Shown here: piece by piece, positions 56,272 to 63,934 of the stretch
Layout of the letters: every line of letters starts with the position of its first letter
Numbering within the stretch: the first letter of the stretch is position 1
DNA from: Elusimicrobia bacterium UBA5214
GTDB lineage: Bacteria > Elusimicrobiota > UBA5214
Direction: 5' to 3'
DNA length: 63,934 nt
NCBI GenBank assembly: GCA_002412545.1
Contig: DHVG01000002.1
Span: 52,662 to 116,595, forward strand
The notes under the pieces: generated by a model
Told to the model about the DNA's origin: nothing
Seen by the model: only the letters and a program-made list of their open reading frames with translations
The model's database searches: none
Program-made: the position numbers and the translations under genes

Positions 56272-57168
56272 ATGAAGAAAAAATTATTTTTACTTACTCT
56301 CTACTTATTCTTTTTTTATGGTTGTGGGAAGAAGAAAGAAAAAGTAGCCAACACGGATATTCCGATAGAGAAGAAAGCATTAGTGAAAATCACTAAAGTA
56401 AAAATTGGTAAAATTGAGGAAACCGTTTCTCTTGTTGGGGATATTTATGGTTGGCGGGAAGTAAAGGTTTATACAAAAGTGAACGGAAGATTAGCAAAAA
56501 AGATGAAAGATGAAGGTGAAATGGTTAAAGAAAACGAAGTGGTTGCTTTGGTTAACCGTGATGAGCCAGCATTGAAGTATACCGAAGCAGAAATTAAATC
56601 ACCAATTGATGGTATAATTACCAAATATTTTGCGGATATCGGTGATGACGTTTTTCCTGCCCAACCGATGCCCCGGGAACCAGTTTTCACTATTGCGGAT
56701 ATAAACAAAGTGAAACTTGAAGCACATTTAAGTGAAAAAGATATTGCTAAAGTAGCAAAAGGACAAAAAGTGCGTATTTTTGTTGATGCTTTTCCGGAAA
56801 AAATTTTTTGGGGTGAAATTAGTGAGATTGCTCCGACAATCAATCCTTTGACTCGTAAGTTAAAATTAGGAATTGAGGTAGCGAATAAAGAGTTCTACTT
56901 GAAACCAGGTATGTTTGGACGGGCAGAAATTATTGTTCGTGAATACGATAATATTTTGACCGTACCTCTGAAAGCGGTCTTGGACCGAGGAAAACAAAAA
57001 ATAGTCCTTACCGTAAGAGAAAATAAAGCCAAGATGCTACCTGTAGAGACCGGAATAAATGATGAAGAAAATATGGAAATAAAAAGAGGGCTTACAGTTG
57101 GAGAAAGAGTGATTGTTGAAGGAAACTACGGTTTGCTTGAAGGAACGGAAGTAGAAGTAATTAAATAA
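56272..57168 (+). CDS. RND efflux periplasmic adaptor (MFP), lipoprotein
   Basis: FYGC lipobox, IKSPIDG, LKPGMF, GLTVGERVI. Confidence 0.9.
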   Translation: MKKKLFLLTLYLFFFYGCGKKKEKVANTDIPIEKKALVKITKVKIGKIEETVSLVGDIYGWREVKVYTKVNGRLAKKMKDEGEMVKENEVVALVNRDEPALKYTEAEIKSPIDGIITKYFADIGDDVFPAQPMPREPVFTIADINKVKLEAHLSEKDIAKVAKGQKVRIFVDAFPEKIFWGEISEIAPTINPLTRKLKLGIEVANKEFYLKPGMFGRAEIIVREYDNILTVPLKAVLDRGKQKIVLTVRENKAKMLPVETGINDEENMEIKRGLTVGERVIVEGNYGLLEGTEVEVIK

Positions 57169-57205
57169 CAGTTAGAGTGTTATTGGGTTATAGAGTTATT
57201 GAGTT

Positions 57206-57334
57206 ATGAAGATTAAAAGATTTGAAGAGATAGAAGTTTGGCAGGAAGCAAGAAAATTAGTTAAGTTAGTTAATACAAATGCGTTAAATAAATTGTCATT
57301 GCGAAGGAACAAAGTGACTGAAGCAATCTCATGA
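57206..57334 (+). pseudogene. Truncated four-helix-bundle (23S rRNA IVP-like) gene
   Basis: MKIKRFEEIEVWQEARKLVK N-terminus, then runs into a REP-like repeat. Confidence 0.7.
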
Positions 57335-57702
57335 ACAAGCAATATTACGTATATATAATGACTAACAAAAGAAATACAGTTTTATATACAGGTATTGCAG
57401 GGGATTTGGTAAAAAGAATATACGAACATAAACAAAAGATTGTGGAAGAATTTACGAAGAAATATAATGTCAATAAATTGGTTTATTACGAAATATTTGA
57501 CGACCCAGAAAGTGCTATTTCAAGGGAGAAACAAATAAAAGCAGGTTCAAGGAAAAAGAAAATCAAGTTAATTGAGGGTATGAACCGAGAATGTGAAGAT
57601 TTATATGACGAGATTGCTTCGCTTTAGCTCGCAATGACCTCGTGGGATTGCCACCCCCCACCGATTTACTTCGCAAAGCGAAGCAGTGGGGGTCGCAATG
57701 AC
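57295..57702. repeat. REP-like inverted repeats flanking the GIY-YIG gene
   Basis: GTCATTGCGA...GAAGCAATCTC (57295-57330) versus GAGATTGCTTC...TCGCAATGAC (57610-57638), plus a second right copy to ~57702. Confidence 0.75.
57331..57627 (+). CDS. GIY-YIG nuclease family protein (YhbQ-like)
   Basis: YYVYIMTN...LYTG...RIYEHK...AISREKQIK. Confidence 0.9.
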   Translation: MNKQYYVYIMTNKRNTVLYTGIAGDLVKRIYEHKQKIVEEFTKKYNVNKLVYYEIFDDPESAISREKQIKAGSRKKKIKLIEGMNRECEDLYDEIASL

Positions 57703-57766
57703 CTGCTAAAAAAGCAACTCAATAACGCAAGTAACGCAATAACTTACGACTACAAGGAGTAAAAAG

Positions 57767-60700
57767 ATGAGATTACCAGAAATTTCGGTTAAACGACCGG
57801 TAACGGTCTTGATGATAATTTTAATCATTGTTGTCTTAGGGATAATTTCATTTACCCGTTTAGGTTTGGATATGATGCCGGATATCACTTATCCGGTACT
57901 TTTGGTTGCGGTAAGTTATCCCGGTGTTTCTTCAGAAGATGTAGAGAATATGGTCACTAAACCGATAGAAGAAATAGTGGCGACCGTAAAGAATGTAAAA
58001 AAGATAAATTCTTTCTCGCAAGAAGGATTAGCCGGAATATTGGTAGAATTTGAGTGGGGAGCAAATTTGGATTTATCAGCACAGGATATTCGTGACCGTA
58101 TAGATTTAATTAGAGATTTTCTTCCTGAAGATATAAGTAAACCAGTAGTGCATAAATTTGACCCTTCAATGATACCGATAATGGTTTATGGTGTGAGTTC
58201 CGTTCTCCGTAGCAGTGCTACTGCGAAGGATGAAGGGGAAAGAGATTTACTCAGTTTACGTTCATTGACTAAAGACATGTTTAAGGATAGGTTGGAACAA
58301 GTTGACGGTGTAGCCAGTGTGATGCTCTTTGGTGGATTTGAAAGAGAAATCTTGTTAGAAATAGACAAGCAACGATTGGAAGCATATCACTTAACTTTAG
58401 ACGAAGTTATGGCTAAATTAAGAGCAGAAAATCTTAATCTACCCGGTGGTCATATTGAAGACCGTTATCGGGAATACTTATTACGCACTACCGGTGAATT
58501 TACTTCTCTAAAAGAGATGGAAAATTTACCGATAACCTTGAGAGAAGGGGTACCGATTTATCTTAAAGATATCGGTAGAGTTGAAGATACTTATAAAGAG
58601 TTACGCGCTTTATCCAGAACAAATCGGAAAGATGCGGTGATGTTAATTGTAAGCAAGGAGTCGGGTGCAAATACGGTCATTGTCAGCAACCGAGCAAAAA
58701 AAGAATTGGAAAAGATAAAGAACATACTCCCGGGAGATATTCAAATTTATACTGTTTTTGATATATCCAGAATGATTAACCAGATTGTCAATGTGACGAG
58801 TTCTAATGCTTTAGTTGGAGGAATACTTGCCACCGCGGTTCTTTTCTTATTTTTAGCCAGTTGGCGTCCGACTTTAACTATTGGTTTAAGTATACCCTTA
58901 TCTATTTTAGCAACTTTCATCCCTTTATATTTCTTAGGGTATACCTTAAATTTTATCACTTTGATTGGTCTTGCGCTTGGTGTAGGTATGCTCGTTGACA
59001 ATTCTATCGTCGTCATTGAAAATATTTTTCGTCATCTTAAAGAAGGTAAAGACCGGATTAACGCTTCAATTATTGGTGCTTCGGAAGTCGGAATGGCGAT
59101 TACTGCCTCCACACTTACCACGGTCGTAGTTTTTCTACCCTTAATTTTTGCGAAAGGTATAACCGGTAAACTTTTTTGGGGCTTGGCTTTAACCGTTACC
59201 GCAAATCTAATGGCTTCCTTATTTGTTGCCTTAACCATTGTTCCGATGGTTACATCAAAAATTTTGCGTGCCGATTTAGCAAAAGGGCGGTTAAGTTGGG
59301 AGACCAGAATCACGGAGCCAATGCGTAACTTTTACCGTAAGGTGCTCACTTGGGTTTTGAAAAATCGTTTTAAAGTTCTCGGTGCAACGGTTACTGTGTT
59401 TATTATCAGTATTATTCTCGCTTATTTCAGTGGACGAGAATTCTTTCCTAAGGTTGACAATAATATGGTTTTGATGATGGTAAGAATGCCAGTGGGCACA
59501 ACTTTAGAAGAGACGGACCGGATTACTAAAAGAATTGAAGATGTCGTTCTTGAGGAAAAGGGTGTACTGACGGTTCTTTCCCAAGTAGGATTATCTGAAT
59601 ATGGGAAATCCGATGCGGTTTATGGTACTGGACCAACTGGTGTTCATGAAGCAGAAATTTTTATCCGTCTGAAGGATAAACTTGAACGGGAAAAAAGTAG
59701 TGATGAAGTTATCAATACATTTAGAAAGAAAATACCGGAACTGGAGGGAGTAAAATTTGAATTTATGGATATGGGAACAGCAATCATGACTGGTGGAGGA
59801 AGGTCAAATAAACCAATAGAGATAAAACTTTTCGGTAAGGATATTGAGACACTTGACAAAATAGCAGAGAGAATCATTGAAGAGATTCGTCAAATAAAAG
59901 GTATCTATGATGTTGATACTACCTTAGTCAGAGGTAAACCTGAACTACTGCTCAGGGTTGACCGCGAAAAAGCGGCACGGTTTGGTTTAACTGTCGGGCA
60001 GGTTGCTTCCACGGTTCAGACTGCTTTCCAGGGTAAAGTAGCAACAAGGTTTCACTCGGGCGGTGAAGAGATAGATGTGCGAATACGACTACAAGCAAAA
60101 GACCGTAAAACATTTAAAGATATTGAAAATTTAAGTATTCCAACGCTGAGCGGTGTAACCATACCTCTTGGTGAAGTAGCAAAATTTACTTTTACCTTTG
60201 GTCCAATAAGGTTATCTCGTGAAAATCAAAAAAGAACAATTTCCGTAACTGCGAACTTAAGTGGACGTGATTTAGGTGGTGCGATTAGAGATATAAAAAG
60301 TAAACTTGGGAGGGCAATTACCCTTCCCGAAGGATATTTCGTTGAATATGCTGGTGAAGCGGAACAGATGTATGAAACATTTCGTGATTTAGGTTTAATT
60401 TTTCTTTTGGCGTTACTTTTGGTCTATATGGTCATGGCCGCAGAATTTGAATCCTTGATTCATCCTTTAGTAATTATGTTCACTGTACCTTTTGCGATAA
60501 TTGGTGTAGTTTTTTCCGTTATCCTTGCCGGTAAGCGTATTTCTCTACCTATGGGTATGGGTGTGACTATTTTAAGTGGGGTTATTGTGAACAATGGGAT
60601 TGTGCTTATTGATTACATTAACCAGTTAAGACATCGTGGTAAAGAAAAAGAGGTAATCACCTCAATTGAAGCGATAATTGAAGCTGGGGCGACACGATTG

Positions 60701-60940
60701 AGACCAGTGCTAATGACTTCAATTACCACAATTCTTGGGCTTATTCCAATGGTTTACAGTCGTGGCGAAGGTAGTGAGGTACGAAGTGTAGTTGCGGTAA
60801 CCCTTATTGGTGGTTTGACCATTGGCACGATTTTGACTTTGCTTGTTTTACCAATTGTCTATATCATTTTTGACCAGTGGGCAGTAAAAATAACCGAAAG
60901 AATTAGGATAATTTTGCATGGTAAGCCCCGCACCTTTTAG
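57767..60940 (+). CDS. RND efflux permease (AcrB/SwrC family)
   Basis: GMLVDNSIVVIENI, ASTLTTVVVFLP, GVIVNNGIVLID, RLRPVLMT. Confidence 0.97.
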   Translation: MRLPEISVKRPVTVLMIILIIVVLGIISFTRLGLDMMPDITYPVLLVAVSYPGVSSEDVENMVTKPIEEIVATVKNVKKINSFSQEGLAGILVEFEWGANLDLSAQDIRDRIDLIRDFLPEDISKPVVHKFDPSMIPIMVYGVSSVLRSSATAKDEGERDLLSLRSLTKDMFKDRLEQVDGVASVMLFGGFEREILLEIDKQRLEAYHLTLDEVMAKLRAENLNLPGGHIEDRYREYLLRTTGEFTSLKEMENLPITLREGVPIYLKDIGRVEDTYKELRALSRTNRKDAVMLIVSKESGANTVIVSNRAKKELEKIKNILPGDIQIYTVFDISRMINQIVNVTSSNALVGGILATAVLFLFLASWRPTLTIGLSIPLSILATFIPLYFLGYTLNFITLIGLALGVGMLVDNSIVVIENIFRHLKEGKDRINASIIGASEVGMAITASTLTTVVVFLPLIFAKGITGKLFWGLALTVTANLMASLFVALTIVPMVTSKILRADLAKGRLSWETRITEPMRNFYRKVLTWVLKNRFKVLGATVTVFIISIILAYFSGREFFPKVDNNMVLMMVRMPVGTTLEETDRITKRIEDVVLEEKGVLTVLSQVGLSEYGKSDAVYGTGPTGVHEAEIFIRLKDKLEREKSSDEVINTFRKKIPELEGVKFEFMDMGTAIMTGGGRSNKPIEIKLFGKDIETLDKIAERIIEEIRQIKGIYDVDTTLVRGKPELLLRVDREKAARFGLTVGQVASTVQTAFQGKVATRFHSGGEEIDVRIRLQAKDRKTFKDIENLSIPTLSGVTIPLGEVAKFTFTFGPIRLSRENQKRTISVTANLSGRDLGGAIRDIKSKLGRAITLPEGYFVEYAGEAEQMYETFRDLGLIFLLALLLVYMVMAAEFESLIHPLVIMFTVPFAIIGVVFSVILAGKRISLPMGMGVTILSGVIVNNGIVLIDYINQLRHRGKEKEVITSIEAIIEAGATRLRPVLMTSITTILGLIPMVYSRGEGSEVRSVVAVTLIGGLTIGTILTLLVLPIVYIIFDQWAVKITERIRIILHGKPRTF

Positions 60941-60965
60941 GTATCCTTAAAGTAAAAAATTGTAG

Positions 60966-61919
60966 TTGCTCAATTTAATGAATAAACTTACAAAAATCAT
61001 CTTAAAAAAATTTATTAAAGATTACGAAAATACTAAAGAACCAAATGTAAGAGTTAAATACGGTTTTCTGGAAGCGTGGATTAGTATTATTGGAAATATA
61101 GTTATCTTTGGGTTTAAAATAATCTTCGGTTTCGTCTTGAACAGTATTTCTCTGATTGCTGATTCTTTTCATACTCTTTCGGATGTAATAACCTCATTAG
61201 TAGTTCTTTTCGGATTCAGGACCAGTCGCCGACCAGCGGATACGAAACACCCCTATGGACATGGACGCGGGGAGAGTATTGCTACCCTGATTATCGGTAT
61301 TCTGCTGATTATTGTCGGAGTAGATTTCCTTAAACTTTCTTTCAATCGGCTTATTCATCCCCAGGTAGTAAAAGGTAGTTGGCTAATTGCCGGATTATTA
61401 ATTCTTTCCGCATTGGCTAAAGAGATGATGGCAATTTTTTCTATTGATTTAGGAAAGGAAATAAATTCTTCAACCCTGATTGCTGATGCTTGGCATCATC
61501 GTAGTGATGCGATTGCTTCCTTTTTAGTTGCCGGAGCCATAGTGTCATCAATTTTTGGTTATCATAAAGTTGATGCTTTATTCGGAATAATTATTTCTTT
61601 GATTATAATTTATGTGGGTATTAACCTTTCCAAATCGTCGGCAAGTTTTCTTCTCGGTGAAGCACCAAGTAAAGATTTAGTAAATAAAGTAGAACGATGT
61701 ACAAAATCGGTTGAAGGGGTAGTCAATGTCCATGATATTCAAGTACATAATTATGGGAACCGTTTAGAGGTATCTCTCCATATTGAAGTAAATAAAGGTT
61801 ACGCCTTAGTTACCAGCCATAAAATTGCTGACCTTGTTGAAAAAAAATTATTTGAGGAACTGGGTGTATCTTCAGTGGTGCATGTTGACCCCGCCCCTAT
61901 TAGCCACTGCAAAAATTAA
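60966..61919 (+). CDS. Cation diffusion facilitator transporter (FieF-like)
   Basis: ADSFHTLSD, HPYGHGRGE, ADAWHHRSD, VHVDP; start probably ATG 60978. Confidence 0.92.
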   Translation: MLNLMNKLTKIILKKFIKDYENTKEPNVRVKYGFLEAWISIIGNIVIFGFKIIFGFVLNSISLIADSFHTLSDVITSLVVLFGFRTSRRPADTKHPYGHGRGESIATLIIGILLIIVGVDFLKLSFNRLIHPQVVKGSWLIAGLLILSALAKEMMAIFSIDLGKEINSSTLIADAWHHRSDAIASFLVAGAIVSSIFGYHKVDALFGIIISLIIIYVGINLSKSSASFLLGEAPSKDLVNKVERCTKSVEGVVNVHDIQVHNYGNRLEVSLHIEVNKGYALVTSHKIADLVEKKLFEELGVSSVVHVDPAPISHCKN

Positions 61920-62037
61920 AATATCAAATTCCAAATGACAAATGAAATCCAAAATCCAAATACCAAAGCTCAAATATCAAATTTTGAAATTTGGATTTTG
62001 AAATTTGGATTTTCTGCGTTAGGGGCGGGGTTGACCC
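61883..62037. repeat. Inverted-repeat element enclosing 7-nt tandem repeats
   Basis: ACCCCGCCCCTA ... TAGGGGCGGGGT around caaaatc/caaatac and gaaattt/ggatttt units. Confidence 0.65.
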
Positions 62038-62060
62038 TACAAAATAAAAATTAGTAGTTT

Positions 62061-63101
62061 TTAAAGTGGTGAGATGTGGACACTGGTAGCTTTAAAGACT
62101 AAATATATTTTTTTTCCGACGGTGAGTGCTAATTCTTCCAGAGAATTGCGGGTAATCAAAGCGTAAACTTCTAAGTCACCTACCTGGGCAGTAATTTCTA
62201 CTGCATAACCGAGGTCTCTGGTCCGGCTTATTTCGGCAAGAAGACAATTTCTTGCTGAAGAATGAACTGGTTCACGAGCAAGCAGGATTTCTTCTGCCCG
62301 TAAGAAAGCGTAGCCCTGTCCTTCACCTTCGGCAGCAACCGCAATTTTTATTTTTCCAATAATGAAGTTGGATTGTCCATCAATATAACCATGCCAGATA
62401 TTGGTTATTCCAGTAAATTCCGCTACCGTAAGTGATTCCGGTTGACGGAAAATTTTCTCTCCGTTTCCTTGCTGAATAATTTTACCTTGAGAAAGAAAGT
62501 AAATTTGTTCACCATAGCGTCTTGCTTGCCATAAATTATGGGTAGCGAGAACGATGGTCTTATTTTCTTTGGCTAGTTGTGGGATTAGTTCTTCAATAAT
62601 TGCCGTACTTAAAGGGTCAAGATTTGCCGTTGGTTCATCAAAAAAAATTACCTCTGGGTCATAGACCAATACCCGGGCAATGGCTAAACGCTGTTTTTCA
62701 CCTCCGGAAAGTGTCCCTGCCGGTTGGGAGCGCATTTTTTCTAAGTTAACTAAAGATAACACTTTGTCAGCATTTTTTTCTACTTCGGTCATTTTTCTAA
62801 CTTTTAGTCCATAAGTAAGATTATCCCAGACCGTACCAGTAAACATTATTGGATTTTGAGGAACAAAACCCATCTTTCTGCGGATTAAAAGTTTATTTAT
62901 ATTTGCTGGTTTACCGTTGTAGAGAATTTCTCCTTCAGTTGGCGGAATTAAAAGGTCAAGCAAACGCAAGAGAGTTGTCTTACCCGCACCGTTAGGTCCA
63001 ATGAACACCGTAACTATCCCCGGATTGAGAGTAATATTTATTTTTTCTAAAACTGTGAGATGAACAAATTTCTTGGTTAAGTTAATTGTTTGGATTTGCA
63101 T
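62061..63101 (-). CDS. tupC: Tungstate/molybdate ABC transporter ATP-binding protein with TOBE domain
   Basis: GPNGAGKT, LSGGEKQR, FFDEPTANLD; C-terminal ALITRNSLEELAL...FKA. Confidence 0.8.
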   Translation of the reverse strand: MQIQTINLTKKFVHLTVLEKINITLNPGIVTVFIGPNGAGKTTLLRLLDLLIPPTEGEILYNGKPANINKLLIRRKMGFVPQNPIMFTGTVWDNLTYGLKVRKMTEVEKNADKVLSLVNLEKMRSQPAGTLSGGEKQRLAIARVLVYDPEVIFFDEPTANLDPLSTAIIEELIPQLAKENKTIVLATHNLWQARRYGEQIYFLSQGKIIQQGNGEKIFRQPESLTVAEFTGITNIWHGYIDGQSNFIIGKIKIAVAAEGEGQGYAFLRAEEILLAREPVHSSARNCLLAEISRTRDLGYAVEITAQVGDLEVYALITRNSLEELALTVGKKIYLVFKATSVHISPL

Positions 63102-63278
63102 ATTTATTCTCCTTCGCCGAATACCCTCCGATGTAACATCGGGGCGGGGATGAAGGTGAGGAGAACACCCCCGCTTAGTTTTGCCTGCAAAACTGGGGGT
63201 GTGCTTCCCGATAGGTCACCTGTGCCTGCGACACCTGTGCAGGCTTCACAGGTGTCGCAGGCATGGTCTACCGAAAAA
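63102..63278. repeat. MITE/REP-like palindromic element, copy 2
   Basis: Reverse-complement match to ~40236-40388, e.g. GAGGAGAACACCCCCGCTTAGTTTTGCCTGC. Confidence 0.75.
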
Positions 63279-63460
63279 ACTTTGATGTCGTTCAGAGAAG
63301 AACCCCTCAACGAATTGCTTGCTTGAAAAACTTTGCGAACATTTTTTGAACGATATCAAATTTATTTCTGACTTTATGCTCTTTAGAAATAAATTATTGA
63401 GTGAAAAAAATGGTTCGCAAAGTAAAAGAACAAAACATGGTGCTATTTTTACAAAATTAC

Positions 63461-63934
63461 TTAACTTCTGCCTCCTCCCTGAACCAACTGGAGGAGTAAA
63501 TTTATAACCAAGGCAACCACCAAGAGAACTACTCCTAAAGCAATACCGATTTCAAAATTGCCTTTCATTGTTTCTAAAGCAATTGCGGTAGTAAGAACTC
63601 GGGTTGCTCCTTTAATGTTTCCTCCGACCATCAGGGTCATTCCGGTTTCACCAATCACCCGGGAAAAACCGGTAATTATTGCAGTTAAAAAGGCAAACTT
63701 CCCTTCTCTAATAATGGTAAGAACCATCTGCCATCTATTTGCACCGAGAGAATAAGCGATATCTTTTGTATCTTTAGCAATATTTTTCAATGCCGAAAGA
63801 GTCAAAGCAGTAACAATCGGTGCCGCAAGGAATGCTTGAGCAATAACCATCGCATAAGGGGTAAAAAGAAATCCCCAAAAACCCAGAGGTCCACGCCGGC
63901 TTAGAAAAATGTAAACCAGAAGACCGATTACTAC
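63461..63934 (-). CDS. tupB: Tungstate ABC transporter permease (partial; 5' end outside window)
   Basis: AMVIAQ, GFSRVIGETG, VGGNIKGATRVLTTAIALETMKG. Confidence 0.85.
   Translation of the reverse strand, partial: VVIGLLVYIFLSRRGPLGFWGFLFTPYAMVIAQAFLAAPIVTALTLSALKNIAKDTKDIAYSLGANRWQMVLTIIREGKFAFLTAIITGFSRVIGETGMTLMVGGNIKGATRVLTTAIALETMKGNFEIGIALGVVLLVVALVINLLLQLVQGGGRS

Noticed and set aside
61182-61196. GATGTAATAACCTCA (DVITS) in the CDF gene as a third micro-palindrome insertion
   Set aside because: Weaker match, and it lies in the conserved HxxxD helix where these residues are expected

Overview
Bacterial chromosomal window with two parts. (1) From <1 to ~39471 is an integrative element whose large serine recombinase (37919-39484) abuts the 3' half of a disrupted comM/yifB gene. 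It carries the end of a type I R-M hsdR, several candidate defence genes (a 1256-aa PD-(D/E)XK protein, a split Sir2 plus helical partner, a TIR-like protein, a small nuclease), a radical SAM/EamA/methyltransferase cassette, and an M56-like peptidase with a zf-HC2-ECF sigma fusion. It also encodes two paralogous HerA/VirD4-like ATPases, each fused to a wHTH/PD-(D/E)XK tail. Beside the left ATPase are a hairpin cluster and small minus-strand genes, three of them preceded by long branched single-strand folds with GNA mini-hairpins, an arrangement resembling an oriT plus ssDNA-promoter leading region. The element has consensus sigma70 promoters and also archaeal-style BRE-TATA motifs in front of apparently leaderless genes. 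(2) From ~39472 to the end is host backbone: the comM remnant, a V/A-type ATP synthase operon, hemE-hemH-hemY, a TetR-TolC-MFP-RND efflux operon, a CDF transporter and tungstate ABC genes. It is dotted with REP/MITE-like repeats, including short palindromes inserted in frame in hemE, hemH and the RND gene. No rRNA, tRNA or CRISPR array was seen. All calls come from reading motifs by eye; no searches were run.
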